Assembly: GCA_963836185.1 (NCBI GenBank)
Contig: CAWIIQ010000002.1
Location: forward strand, 224,001-288,000
Direction of reading: 5' to 3'
Origin: Candidatus Krumholzibacteriia bacterium
GTDB taxonomy: Bacteria > Krumholzibacteriota > Krumholzibacteriia > Krumholzibacteriales > Krumholzibacteriaceae
DNA: 64,000 nucleotides
Under the pieces are notes generated by a model. That model did no database searches. It was not told the DNA's origin and was given only the letters and a program-made list of their open reading frames with translations. Every line of letters starts with the position of its first letter. Within the stretch, counting starts at the first letter, position 1. Positions 63,987-64,000 of the stretch are shown one piece after another. Position numbers and translations under genes: made by a program.

Positions 63987-64000
63987 ATTATTATCCCCAC

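Overview
This is a GC-rich (roughly 55-62%) bacterial chromosomal window. FlgD/T9SS-like C-terminal domains and a recurrent C-terminal S/T-W-G-S-I-K motif suggest a Krumholzibacteriota/Latescibacterota-like lineage (inference). The left 16 kb is an accessory sigma54 signalling region. It holds three enhancer-binding proteins, a halocin-C8-like Cys-rich lipoprotein with a coupled small membrane protein, a low-GC Ser/Thr kinase-NTPase-TPR gene and a sigma54-driven ZU5 lipoprotein ending in an HFS autoproteolysis motif plus 8 residues. It also holds an M30-like metalloprotease and an OPT transporter with a PqqD-like partner. The middle encodes secreted and envelope proteins (multiheme cytochrome with FlgD-type CTD, three WGSIK-tailed proteins, porin, Lnt, Omp85) and mixed housekeeping genes. 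Many genes between about 12 and 42 kb carry single-base frameshifts that look like assembly errors. The right part has a beta-propeller protein, a complex repeat block, a candidate sigma54-dependent structured ncRNA, and the truA-tal-htrA-purBLQS(like)F-tldD-rSAM-rne/rng run. No rRNA, tRNA, CRISPR array or transposase was seen. All calls come from motif reading by eye; no database searches were run.
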